Shown here in pieces: positions 31,398 to 40,841 of a stretch of DNA of 64,000 nt. Location: the NCBI GenBank assembly GCA_046570065.1, contig JBKHVM010000002.1, forward strand, positions 3,967 through 67,966. The letters run 5' to 3'. Position numbers and translations under genes: made by a program. Within the stretch, counting starts at the first letter, position 1, and every line of letters starts with the position of its first letter. This stretch comes from Bdellovibrionia bacterium. Lineage in GTDB: Bacteria > Bdellovibrionota > Bdellovibrionia > Bdellovibrionales > Bdellovibrionaceae. The notes below the pieces were generated by a model. The model saw nothing but the letters and a program-made list of their open reading frames with translations. It searched no databases and was not told the DNA's origin.

Positions 31398-33176
31398 CTA
31401 TTTTTGAATTTTTAAAGGAATAATTTCACCCTTTTTCACGGTAAATGCAGTAAGGGGGCGTTGAATTTCTCGAGAGTTATGGGAGCTTAAGAATCCAATA
31501 GATCCAGGAACTCTCTGAAAGCTACTCAGGCGGTTGCGCAAGGACTGCCGGCTTTGCGCACCTTCCACAATAAACTGACGCAACAGAAGGCCGGTGTCGT
31601 ACCCTTGGATCTCAAATAGGCCGGGCTCTTCGTTGTAGAGCCCACGATAATCAACAACGAACTTGTAACGATCTGTTCCGTTAAATTGGGTTTGATAAGA
31701 GTCGGTAAAAATTGCTCCATCTGTAAAAGTGGAAAGCCGCTTTGGTAGGCTAGAATTATTCCAGATATTTGTGCCTAAAAAATACATCTTATTCACGTCG
31801 TAGTAGGCAAACAGAGAAGAAATAATACCAAGCTGCTGTAAGCCATCGGCAACAAACACAGCATCAAAATCAGTAATTGGCTTTAGCATGTTTTGATTTG
31901 TTGAGCTGCGCACGGATTTCTTGGCATTTTTTTCTAACTTTTTAAGTTCGGCAAGATTGTAACTAAGCTCCTCTTTGCGAGCCTCTCCATAATAGATGCT
32001 TAAGAGTCTTTGTACTGGAAAGCGAAAATCTTTTTCAGTGGGCGCATAGGGCTGAGCCGCCACGATTTTTCCACCGTAAGCAGAAACATAATCCCAGAAC
32101 AAATTAGAATATTCGACACCGTAAGAAGAATTAGGAAACATGACAGCAAAACGTTTCATTCCTAGGTCTTGAATCGCTGTTCGCACCAAGTAATGAATTT
32201 GCATTTCTGCGGTTAAGGCATTTCTAAAAATATATTCGCCAGAGTCAGTAATATTCTCGCGCTGAGAAAGATTTATTAAAGGCACACCAAACTCTTGTGC
32301 GACAGAAGCTACGGCAGGACTTGTCTTGCTTAAAACATCCCCGATGAGGGCGATGACGTTGTCTTCGCGAATTAATTTTTCTGCCCCAGCGCGCGCCTTA
32401 TCTATGTCACCTTCAGAGTCTGCGATAACCAAACGAAAGCTATTATTGGGCAGGCCAATGCCCAAACCCATCTCGATACCACGCAAAGTTCGTTGTCCAA
32501 TAACGGCCGACCTACCTGTTAAGGGTAGAACAACACCGATGCTGGTGGGCGAGACAACCCGACTTGCTTTTAAAGTAGACAGGTAAGTGTCGGCCTGATA
32601 AGCCAGCTCAGAGCCAGGGAGAAGGTCTTGCGTCGACTTGAGTAGCGCCTCTGCCCTTTCGAAATTTTTATTATTAAATGCCAAGATGCCAAGCCTTAGT
32701 AGGGCATGAGCGCGCAACGTCCCCACGCTTGAGTTGTTAGACAACTGCTCCAGCTCAGATGGCGTCAGCTTATTATCAACCAGCACTTGTGCCTTAATTC
32801 TATAAAGAGCTTGGTCTTGAGGAGAAACTGCCATTGTTGCAAGTTTCTCATAGTTTAAAACCGCACTTAACCACTGACCGTCCTTTTCTGCTTGTTGAAT
32901 TTGATTGAGAACATCCGTTTCGGGCGCCGTCACCTTTGCCTCAACAATTCCGGGCGCCTGTGGTGTGTTGCTCACTTGAACGAGAGTTGTAGAAGAGGAG
33001 CCACTGGGAGATGTTGAAGTGACCGATTGTGCGGGCGGTTGTGAGACTGGCTGTTGCGAGCTGCGAGAGGGAGTTGTCTGGCTATGTCTTTTGTTGAGCT
33101 CGGGCCGATTACTTTTAGTGGTACAACTTGAAATAACAATAGGAAGTAAAACCAATACTAGAAATTTTCTATTCAT
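31398..33176 (-). CDS. LpoA/LppC-like lipoprotein (TPR-like N-domain plus type-1 periplasmic-binding-protein domain)
   Basis: 592 aa. Lipobox VISS|C followed by an S/Q/P-rich linker. [25 protein letters not shown] resembles the start of the LpoA C-domain or LivJ-like fold. ATGA overlap with the upstream J-protein gene. Confidence 0.6.
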   Translation of the reverse strand: MNRKFLVLVLLPIVISSCTTKSNRPELNKRHSQTTPSRSSQQPVSQPPAQSVTSTSPSGSSSTTLVQVSNTPQAPGIVEAKVTAPETDVLNQIQQAEKDGQWLSAVLNYEKLATMAVSPQDQALYRIKAQVLVDNKLTPSELEQLSNNSSVGTLRAHALLRLGILAFNNKNFERAEALLKSTQDLLPGSELAYQADTYLSTLKASRVVSPTSIGVVLPLTGRSAVIGQRTLRGIEMGLGIGLPNNSFRLVIADSEGDIDKARAGAEKLIREDNVIALIGDVLSKTSPAVASVAQEFGVPLINLSQRENITDSGEYIFRNALTAEMQIHYLVRTAIQDLGMKRFAVMFPNSSYGVEYSNLFWDYVSAYGGKIVAAQPYAPTEKDFRFPVQRLLSIYYGEARKEELSYNLAELKKLEKNAKKSVRSSTNQNMLKPITDFDAVFVADGLQQLGIISSLFAYYDVNKMYFLGTNIWNNSSLPKRLSTFTDGAIFTDSYQTQFNGTDRYKFVVDYRGLYNEEPGLFEIQGYDTGLLLRQFIVEGAQSRQSLRNRLSSFQRVPGSIGFLSSHNSREIQRPLTAFTVKKGEIIPLKIQK

Positions 33177-34141
33177 TTTCTCGTCCTTAAGAGTTGACTT
33201 ACTTTTTCTTTAAATTGCTTTACGAGTGGAGTTTCTACACCCTCTTTTTTTAATTGTTCTAAGAGGTCTTTACTTTTACTAGAAAGCTTATCTGGGGTGT
33301 CTACTAAAACATTAACCAACATATCACCAGAGCCGGCACCAACAACTTTTGGGAAGCCTTTGCCTTTAAGCCTGAAAATTTGTCCAGTATGGGTCCCTGG
33401 AGGAATTTTAATGAGAGCTTTTCCAGTTATGGTTGGAACTTCGACTTCAGTTCCAAGAATAGCATCAACGTAACTTACGGGAAGATCTAAAAGAATGTCG
33501 TACTCTTCGCGCTTAAACAAAGAATGATCTTGAACATTAATAATAACGTACAAATCACCTGGTTGGCTTTGTCCCGACTCTTGGTCTCCCTCGCCGCTAA
33601 GTTTTAAGCGCTGAGAGTTTTTTACGCCAGCGGGAACATTGACGGAGAGCTTGGCAGAGTCATCTTTGCTTCCTCGGCGTCGAACAAAAGAAATAAGTTT
33701 TTCACAGCCAAGAGCGGATTCTTCAAATGAAATATTTAAAGTGTAACGAAGGTCTGCACCTTTTTTCGGGCGCTTCTGTCGGAAGCCACCACTCTGTGAT
33801 CCCGCTCTGCCAGCGAAGAAGTCAGAAAAGACGTCGCCAAAAATATCTTGAAAGGAATCATTCTGTGAAGAGTAGTTTCCGCCTCCACCAAAAGGATTGC
33901 CGCCTCCAAATCCAGGATTAGAACCGGCATGGCCAAATTGATTGTAGAGATCCCTTTTTTTAGGATCAGAGAGAGTTTCGTAAGCTTCGGTGATTTCTTT
34001 AAACTTCTCTTCGGCAGTCTTGTTCCCAGGATTTTTATCAGGGTGGTACTGCATGGCAAGTTTACGATAAGCCTTCTTGATCTCATCCTCTGAGGCAGAG
34101 CGACTTACGCCTAAAATGCTATAAAAATCCTTTTTAGACAA
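33173..34141 (-). CDS. J-domain co-chaperone without a zinc-finger domain (CbpA/DjlA-class DnaJ homologue)
   Basis: 322 aa. J-domain with HPD (YHPDKNPG), a G/F-rich region and C-terminal substrate-binding domains. No CxxCxGxG repeats. Confidence 0.85.
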   Translation of the reverse strand: MSKKDFYSILGVSRSASEDEIKKAYRKLAMQYHPDKNPGNKTAEEKFKEITEAYETLSDPKKRDLYNQFGHAGSNPGFGGGNPFGGGGNYSSQNDSFQDIFGDVFSDFFAGRAGSQSGGFRQKRPKKGADLRYTLNISFEESALGCEKLISFVRRRGSKDDSAKLSVNVPAGVKNSQRLKLSGEGDQESGQSQPGDLYVIINVQDHSLFKREEYDILLDLPVSYVDAILGTEVEVPTITGKALIKIPPGTHTGQIFRLKGKGFPKVVGAGSGDMLVNVLVDTPDKLSSKSKDLLEQLKKEGVETPLVKQFKEKVSQLLRTRK

Positions 34142-34157
34142 AACTCTCTCCTTAGAA

Positions 34158-34679
34158 TTATGCCTGCGGTTTGCTTGCTACCACGACTTGTGCAGGACGA
34201 ATAAGCTTATCATGAAGCTTATAGGCTTTTTTGAAGGTACGCAAAATATAACCTGCCTCTACCTCACTAGAAGGCTCGCTTCCGAGGGCTTCGTGTACAG
34301 CAGGATCAAAGGCTGTTTTGTCTGAAGCAACTTCAGTGACCCCGTGCTTTTGCAGAATTTGCCTGATTTCAGTCTGGGTCATCTTAACTCCCTGTACGAA
34401 GGTCTGGAAGTTCTCGGTGTTCACATCAAAAGACAAGGCTCTATCAAAGTTATCTACGGCCTCAAGCAGGTCGCGAATAAACCTTTCAGCTCCAAACTTG
34501 GTGAGATCCGAACGCTCCTTGATGGAATGACGCTTGTAGTTCTCAAACTCAGCACGCAAATAGAGATATTCGTTCTTAAATTTTTCAGCTTCCTCTTGCC
34601 AATTTTTTAAAGACTCAGTGCCTTGAGGGTTTTGCTCGCTTGCGCTATTTTCTTGAGGATTTTTTTCATCATTAGACAT
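34158..34679 (-). CDS. grpE: Nucleotide exchange factor GrpE
   Basis: 173 aa. Motifs [12 protein letters not shown] and the C-terminal beta-domain LRPAQVVV. Confidence 0.92.
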   Translation of the reverse strand: MSNDEKNPQENSASEQNPQGTESLKNWQEEAEKFKNEYLYLRAEFENYKRHSIKERSDLTKFGAERFIRDLLEAVDNFDRALSFDVNTENFQTFVQGVKMTQTEIRQILQKHGVTEVASDKTAFDPAVHEALGSEPSSEVEAGYILRTFKKAYKLHDKLIRPAQVVVASKPQA

Positions 34680-34744
34680 TTCGCCTCCAATTTTTAACCA
34701 ATAATAAATCTGCGTCTTATTTTATGAATGTCAAAGTCAACGAT

Positions 34745-35923
34745 TCAATTAATTTCAGAATCTGAGAACAGTATTCTTTCTAAGACCAAATTGCTTAAAA
34801 CAATACCTTGGGAAGAGAGAGAGAGTCGATTGTTTTCTCTTTTGACGAGGAGCCCATTATCGAGTGAGCTTTGAAGTCTTTCAGAGACTTTCTGGCGACA
34901 GAGCGGTCCATACTTGTTTTCTATATCGCTAAGGTCGAGACCCCGCATCAAACGTAGATGGGTATGACAAAAGTCTGTAAGTGACTGAGCTTTTGTTAAC
35001 TCTTCAAACTGAGCTTCGGGAAGAGAATTGCGAATAACTTTTCCATTTGAAGTAAGAGAGTCTATTTGTGTAGTGTAATCTTGAATATTATTTAAATTCC
35101 AGAAGCGTGTTCCCCATGGGCCTTGTTGTTTTGCATAACCATGGGCGCTCAATCCAAAAGACATCCATGGCTGGTCTGTCCAATAGAGCAGATTGTGTTG
35201 CGACTCAAAACCTAGTTTTGCATAGTTCGAAATTTCGTACTGAACAAACTCCGAGCTTACTAAGCTTTGATCGATTAGATTAAACATTTCAACTTGCTCT
35301 TCTTCGGGCGGGCGCCCCTTGCTGAGCGGGTGGCCCGAGGGGACTGTGAGGCAGTAAGGGCTAATGTGGCTAGCGCTGAGTGAAGAAATAATTTCGAGAT
35401 CCTTTTTCAGTCCCGAAAGTTTTTGGCCGGGGAGGGCAAACAACAGATCGAAGGAATAATTTAACCCTTTTTTTGCGAGGAGCTCTAGGGTTTCGAGGGT
35501 TTGTTTGGCTGAATGTTCTCGGTTTACTGATTTTAAAAGAGAATCATCAAAAGTTTGAGCGCCCACACTAAAACGATTGATGCCTCCATCAAGATAGATT
35601 GCCAGCTTTTCTTCGTTGATGGTTGCTGGGTTGATTTCGATTGTCACTTCAGCCTTAGGTCCAAGGGGAAAGCCACAACTTTCTAATTCTTCAATAACAG
35701 ATACAATAAGAGGAGCTTCGAGCAAGCTTGGTGTGCCGCCACCAAAATAAATTGTTTGTAGGGCTGTGGGTTCAAAAAAAGAAGAGCGTAAGCGAATTTC
35801 TTTTCTTAGAAGAGCCACATAATCAGCGGGCGGCAGAATTTTTTTGTGCTCATATGTGGCAAAATCACAGTATGTGCAACGCTGAAGACAATAGGGAATG
35901 TGAATATAAGCACCAAGTGACAT
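34745..35923 (-). CDS. hemW: Radical SAM heme chaperone HemW (HemN-like, oxygen-independent coproporphyrinogen oxidase family)
   Basis: CxxxCxxC as CLQRCTYCDF. Start is either ATG 35923 (MSLGAYIHIPYC) or ATG 35941. The latter would overlap the divergent M16 start codon. Confidence 0.85.
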   Translation of the reverse strand: MSLGAYIHIPYCLQRCTYCDFATYEHKKILPPADYVALLRKEIRLRSSFFEPTALQTIYFGGGTPSLLEAPLIVSVIEELESCGFPLGPKAEVTIEINPATINEEKLAIYLDGGINRFSVGAQTFDDSLLKSVNREHSAKQTLETLELLAKKGLNYSFDLLFALPGQKLSGLKKDLEIISSLSASHISPYCLTVPSGHPLSKGRPPEEEQVEMFNLIDQSLVSSEFVQYEISNYAKLGFESQHNLLYWTDQPWMSFGLSAHGYAKQQGPWGTRFWNLNNIQDYTTQIDSLTSNGKVIRNSLPEAQFEELTKAQSLTDFCHTHLRLMRGLDLSDIENKYGPLCRQKVSERLQSSLDNGLLVKRENNRLSLSSQGIVLSNLVLERILFSDSEIN

Positions 35924-35939
35924 GGGAGATAAATAAGGC

Positions 35940-38549
35940 ATGACAAAAAAATTTCAACTAAAAAACGGTTTAACTGTGATTCTCATAGAAAGTAACAAGT
36001 CTCCTGTGATCTCAGCTCAAATGTGGGTAAAGACGGGTAGCGCTGACGAGAGCCTCCCTGAGGCTGGTATCAGTCACTTTATTGAGCATCTCGTGTTTAA
36101 AGGAACTGATAAATTCAAGGTTGGTGAGATTGCATCCTATGTTGAAGCTTCCGGCGGGGAGCTAAATGCCTACACGTCTTTTGATCAAACGGTTTTTTAT
36201 GTGACGATCTCGTCAGAATTTAAAGATGTGGCCTTAGATGTCATTTCTCAAATGATGGGTTACCCCCAATTTGATCCACAAGAAATAGACAACGAGCGTG
36301 AAGTCGTCATCGAAGAGATTAAGCGTGGACAAGACAACCCAGGTCGCGCGAGCTCACAACAGCTTTTTTCAATGTTATTTAAAAAACACCCCTACGGTCG
36401 GCCGGTTATTGGTTACGAAAAAGTTATCAAAAAAGTGAGCCCGAAAACAATTCTTCGTTATTTTAACGAACGCTATGTTCCTCGCAATATGACGTTAGTG
36501 ATTGCTGGTGATTTCAAGTCCCCACAAATGAAAGAATCAGTGCAAAAATATTTCGGCGGCTTCACGGATTACAAGCTTAAAAAAGTAAAAAGAATAAAAG
36601 AGAAACCCAGCAAAAAGGTCGAAATAAAAGTGACCAAGCAGCCGTTTAATCAAAATTCGATTTATCTTGCTTGGCATGGACCGTCTGTTGTTCATAAAGA
36701 CGTTGCCGCCCTAGAAGTTATGGCCTCAATTTTAGGACAGAGTGAAACTTCAAGATTAATTAAATCCTTGCGAATTGACTCCGCAGTTGTGAACTCAATA
36801 GGCTCTTTTGTTTATCCCATGCAAGACCATGGGTTATTCGCAGTCTCTTGTTCTCTAGAAAAGCAAAACCTAGAGCTTGCGCTTCAGAAAATCAAAGAAG
36901 AGCTTGCACAGTTTATTTTACAGGGACCAACAGCAGAGGAAATGCAAAGAGCAATTACGAATATCGCAGCTACAGAATTTTACTCTGTTGATACGGTTGA
37001 TAGTCTTGCAAGAAAAGCGGGAAGTTATCATTTCTACTTAAATGATCATCAGTACTTTATGAAATACATAAAGCAAATTTACAAACTGAAACCCGAAGAC
37101 ATCAGAAAAGTGGCAAAAAAATACTTAGATCCAGATCGTATTAAAATATCCAGTACAATTTCTTCAGAGCCAGAGTATTTTAAAAAACACTTAAAAATCT
37201 TTGCTAAAGAACTCAAAAAAGCTCTTTCGCAGAAACACAAGCTATCAGAAAAACCAAAGAAATTTAAAGCTATTAAGCTAAGAGCAACAGCAAGTGTAGC
37301 TAACAAAGATGCCGAAATTAAGGAGCTTTCCTTTGAAAACGGTCTTCAGTTAATTTTAAAGCCTCAGGCGGGAAGTCCAACTGTGGTAAGCAAGTTGGCG
37401 ATGCTCGGTGGGCAGCGCTCTGAATCTGAAGCTGCCCCCGGTAGCGTGGAGCTGTTTTCGAGAGTTTGGGGGTCTTCTACGCAAAAACTAAATGAGTATG
37501 AAATTGGAAAAATTTTAGACAATCACGCTGCTGGCATAAGTGCATTTGGCGGAAGAAATTCTGTCGGTATTTCAATGGAATGCTTGTCAGGTTTTGAAAA
37601 TAAAATCAGCGATCTTTTTGTCAGTATGATATGCGAGCCAAAATTTGATGAGGCTATTCTGCAAAGAGAGGCAGGGATACTTAAAAATCAAATTAGCAAA
37701 AAGAACGACAATCCAGCTCAGATTTGTATGCTCAACTTCCAAAAAAGAATATTCGAAGGACACCCCTATTCACGAGATCCGATGGGCACTGTTGATTCAG
37801 TAGATGCAGTAAGTACCGATACTATCGAACAATATTTTAAGAAAGTTACGGGCGCGAACAACGCCACACTTTGTGTTGTTGGCGATTTTTCCGAAAAACA
37901 CTGGATTGAGGTTGCAAAACATCTAGACAAAACCCTTGGCAAGAAGCAGCGACTCAATCAAAAGCATCACCTTAAGGACCTCTCTCAAGATGTTATCGAC
38001 TTTGCGGAGCTTCAAAAAGAACAGTCTCATATTGTTGTTGGCTATCGCGGTCTTAGTTTATTTGCGCACGAACGTTTTGCACTCGATGTGATTCAGTCCA
38101 TTCTCTCTGGGCAAGGTGGGCGATTGTTTTTGGAGCTCAGAGACAAAAACTCCTTGGCGTATTCTGTGGCGCCTCTTATGTTAACGGGCTTTGATGGTGG
38201 ATATTTTGGTGGCTACATCGGCTGCTCTCCAGAAAAGGGACAAAAAGCTATTGAAATGCTTAAAGCTGAGTTTCAAAAACTTGCGAACGAAAAAGTTTCC
38301 GCCAAAGAACTTTTAAGGGCACAAAAATATCTTATTGGTCGTCATGATATTGATCTGCAACGAAAAGCATCTGTGTGTAACTCAATGCTGTTCGACCAAA
38401 TTTATGGCTTTGATCCTAAGAAGAGCTTGAAAGTCTCTGATGACTATTTCTCTGTGTCTCAAGATGAGATAGTGGATTTGGCGCAGAAAATTTTTGCAGC
38501 AAAGTCTGTCATAAGCATTGTAGGACCAAAAAACCCGCTAAAGGGCTAG
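35940..38549 (+). CDS. Fused two-unit M16 (pitrilysin-family) zinc peptidase
   Basis: 869 aa. The first half has the inverted zinc motif HFIEHLVFKG (HxxEH). The second half aligns but has VELFS at that position, so it is probably non-catalytic. Confidence 0.88.
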   Translation: MTKKFQLKNGLTVILIESNKSPVISAQMWVKTGSADESLPEAGISHFIEHLVFKGTDKFKVGEIASYVEASGGELNAYTSFDQTVFYVTISSEFKDVALDVISQMMGYPQFDPQEIDNEREVVIEEIKRGQDNPGRASSQQLFSMLFKKHPYGRPVIGYEKVIKKVSPKTILRYFNERYVPRNMTLVIAGDFKSPQMKESVQKYFGGFTDYKLKKVKRIKEKPSKKVEIKVTKQPFNQNSIYLAWHGPSVVHKDVAALEVMASILGQSETSRLIKSLRIDSAVVNSIGSFVYPMQDHGLFAVSCSLEKQNLELALQKIKEELAQFILQGPTAEEMQRAITNIAATEFYSVDTVDSLARKAGSYHFYLNDHQYFMKYIKQIYKLKPEDIRKVAKKYLDPDRIKISSTISSEPEYFKKHLKIFAKELKKALSQKHKLSEKPKKFKAIKLRATASVANKDAEIKELSFENGLQLILKPQAGSPTVVSKLAMLGGQRSESEAAPGSVELFSRVWGSSTQKLNEYEIGKILDNHAAGISAFGGRNSVGISMECLSGFENKISDLFVSMICEPKFDEAILQREAGILKNQISKKNDNPAQICMLNFQKRIFEGHPYSRDPMGTVDSVDAVSTDTIEQYFKKVTGANNATLCVVGDFSEKHWIEVAKHLDKTLGKKQRLNQKHHLKDLSQDVIDFAELQKEQSHIVVGYRGLSLFAHERFALDVIQSILSGQGGRLFLELRDKNSLAYSVAPLMLTGFDGGYFGGYIGCSPEKGQKAIEMLKAEFQKLANEKVSAKELLRAQKYLIGRHDIDLQRKASVCNSMLFDQIYGFDPKKSLKVSDDYFSVSQDEIVDLAQKIFAAKSVISIVGPKNPLKG

Positions 38550-38611
38550 TCAAAGAGGAGACTGCTAAATTTTCTTCAGTAAAAGTATAGGCTCTGAGTT
38601 AAAATGGAGCT

Positions 38612-39217
38612 ATGAGTGAGCTTTTTATATCTCCCAAAGAATACTTTAAAGAGCTTGTTTCGGTGGGCCTTGAGCAGAGAAAAATCAAGGCCCCACTGGC
38701 CGTGCAAGAATATTTAGTAGACCTGCTTCATCACTATCTCGACGCCAAAAATCTATTTTCGTCAGATTCAGAGCAAGCTTCTCACCCGCAAACCCTGGCA
38801 GAGATGTATTTATTGGCGCAACAGAGTCCTCGAAATGAGAAAAGACTTGAGTTGTTGCGGCGACTTGGCGACAAGGCTCTTTATGTCAGTGGTTACTTTG
38901 GCGACTCACTTCAGCGCAAAGTTGTAGATATTGATTACTACATTCAGATGGGCGGGACCGCCTATGGGCAGCTCTATACAATATGTAAATCAGAGGAGTT
39001 AGGCCAAGTCTATTGGACTCTAGCTCATAACTTTGTAGATTATGTCGACGTTCTCACTGTGGTTTCGCACAAGTCAATGTTGAGATCAGATAAAGACCTT
39101 TTGCGTTTGTATGAAAGCTACGTCAAAACGGGCTCTGAACTTGCCAAAGAGAGACTATTAGAGTTGGGGCTCATTACTCCCACAGACGCCAACATAAAGC
39201 AGACAAAGCAGTCATAG
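38612..39217 (+). CDS. Hypothetical cytoplasmic protein (helical, no family recognised)
   Basis: 201-aa ORF with coding-like composition. RBS AATGGAG. Lies directly upstream of the tat genes. Confidence 0.5.
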   Translation: MSELFISPKEYFKELVSVGLEQRKIKAPLAVQEYLVDLLHHYLDAKNLFSSDSEQASHPQTLAEMYLLAQQSPRNEKRLELLRRLGDKALYVSGYFGDSLQRKVVDIDYYIQMGGTAYGQLYTICKSEELGQVYWTLAHNFVDYVDVLTVVSHKSMLRSDKDLLRLYESYVKTGSELAKERLLELGLITPTDANIKQTKQS

Positions 39218-39258
39218 ATCTTGAAATCATTAGTCCTTTAACCTATTCTGCTGAAGTT

Positions 39259-39555
39259 ATGTTTGGACTAGGCCTTTCTGAAATCATTGTCATTGCTATT
39301 ATTGGACTGCTTGTCATCGGGCCCGACGAGCTGCCAAAGCTTGCGCGCAACATAGGCCGTCTCTTAAATGAAATCAAACGAACATCAGATGACTTTAGTG
39401 CTGAGATAAAAAATCAAGTCAAAGTTGTAGAAGATCTTGATGAGAGTCAAAAATTAAAATCAAGCAATACCAAACCAGCAGAATCTAAAGAAGAACAACT
39501 AGAGCTGACGGAACAAGTTAAAACACCAAGTAAGGATCAGGGGCAATCCTCATGA
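39259..39555 (+). CDS. Twin-arginine translocase TatA/TatB-family subunit (TatB-like)
   Basis: 98 aa. MFGLGLSEIIVIAIIGLLVIGPDELP has Glu8 and GP..LP as in TatB, followed by an amphipathic helix. Confidence 0.85.
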   Translation: MFGLGLSEIIVIAIIGLLVIGPDELPKLARNIGRLLNEIKRTSDDFSAEIKNQVKVVEDLDESQKLKSSNTKPAESKEEQLELTEQVKTPSKDQGQSS

Positions 39556-40295
39556 GCGGCGAAACTGCGGGGCAACCACTCGTTGAGCACTTAAGAGACC
39601 TAAGAAAGCGTCTTTTTAATTCTGTTTTAATTCTCATTATTGCCATGATTGGTTGTTACATTTTTAGTGATAAACTTTTTGAAATCATCAGGGCTCCGAT
39701 CTTGCCATACTTGCCTGAACAGGGCCTAGTCTTTACAAGTCCTCTCGATAAATTTGTTGCACACTTAAAGATAGCTTTTGCGAGTGGAATTATACTGAGT
39801 TGTCCGCTTTGGCTCTATCAGATTTGGGCTTTTATTTCTCCAGGCTTATATAAAGAAGAAAAAAAATATGCTCTTTTGTTTTTAGGAGCAGGCAGCTTGC
39901 TTTTTATTCTTGGGGTTTTATTTGCCTACTACTTTACTTTGCCTCTGGGATTAGAGTTCTTGATGAATTTTGGTGGCACGACCGATAAACCCATGATCAC
40001 TATTGATCACTATCTTGGATTCTTCACACAAATATGTTTAATGTTTGGGTTAGCATTTGAGCTTCCGCTTGTGATTACAATCTTAGGTGTCATTGGAGTT
40101 GTGAGCTCAAAATTTCTCAGTGAAAAACGTCGCTTTGCTATTTTCTTTATGTCCATCTTTGCGGCGCTCTTAACGCCACCAGATGTGATGAGCATGTCGC
40201 TTATGTTGGTTCCATTGCTTATCTTGTATGAAATTTCTATTTTTATTGTGAGAGCATTTGAAAAGAAAAGATCAAAAGAGTTAGAGGAGATTTAA
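39552..40295 (+). CDS. tatC: Twin-arginine translocase subunit TatC
   Basis: 247 aa. Six TM helices. N-terminal PLVEHLRDLRKRL typical of TatC. ATGA overlap with the upstream gene. Confidence 0.93.
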   Translation: MSGETAGQPLVEHLRDLRKRLFNSVLILIIAMIGCYIFSDKLFEIIRAPILPYLPEQGLVFTSPLDKFVAHLKIAFASGIILSCPLWLYQIWAFISPGLYKEEKKYALLFLGAGSLLFILGVLFAYYFTLPLGLEFLMNFGGTTDKPMITIDHYLGFFTQICLMFGLAFELPLVITILGVIGVVSSKFLSEKRRFAIFFMSIFAALLTPPDVMSMSLMLVPLLILYEISIFIVRAFEKKRSKELEEI

Positions 40296-40306
40296 ATCTC
40301 CTCTAA
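40281..40306. terminator. 26-bp perfect palindrome between convergent tatC and the BCCP gene (probable bidirectional terminator)
   Basis: TTAGAGGAGATTT|AAATCTCCTCTAA. It contains the tatC stop codon and is followed by CTTTATTT. Confidence 0.55.
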
Positions 40307-40308
40307 CT

Positions 40309-40839
40309 TTATTTGGCATCTTCAAATGTGATTAGAACTGCGCCAGACTCAACGCTGTCGCCTTGTTTGACCAAGACGTCTTTGATCTTAACTTCTCTCG
40401 AAGAGCGCATTTCGTTTTCCATTTTCATGGCTTCCATAATCAAGAGAGGCTTATTCTCTTTGATGATGTCGCCGGGCTTAACAAAGATCTGAATAATTTT
40501 GCCTGGCATTCCGGCCTTTAACTCTTGATCTCCACCGAAGCCACCGCCCTTTTTAAGGGACTCATGCAACAACATTTCATCATTAAAGATTTTAATAGTT
40601 CTAAAGGAGTTTCGGGTAAACACTGTATAATCTGTGTCTTGGCCGATAACATCAATTAGGTAAGATTTTCCTTCAAAGAGAAAACTAATATATTCCTCTG
40701 CAAATTTAAAATCTGTCTTTGAGATATCATAATGAATCCAATCTTTTCCCTCTTCGCAAAGCGAAACCTTCCAAGATGTTTTTCCTTCGGTGATATCTAC
40801 TTTGTAGTTTCTGCCTCTTAATTCTGCTTCAAAATACAT
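40309..40839 (-). CDS. Biotin carboxyl carrier protein with an N-terminal BT-like beta-barrel region
   Basis: ATG at 40839 with AAGGA 7 nt upstream, 2 nt after the BC stop codon. 176 aa. Biotinylation motif EAMKMENE. Confidence 0.85.
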   Translation of the reverse strand: MYFEAELRGRNYKVDITEGKTSWKVSLCEEGKDWIHYDISKTDFKFAEEYISFLFEGKSYLIDVIGQDTDYTVFTRNSFRTIKIFNDEMLLHESLKKGGGFGGDQELKAGMPGKIIQIFVKPGDIIKENKPLLIMEAMKMENEMRSSREVKIKDVLVKQGDSVESGAVLITFEDAK

Positions 40840-40841
40840 GA

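Noticed and set aside
34680-34744. A CIRCE/HrcA operator (TTAGCACTC-N9-GAGTGCTAA) or sigma32-type promoter upstream of grpE.
   Set aside because: No match is visible in the 65-bp region. grpE probably reads through from hemW.
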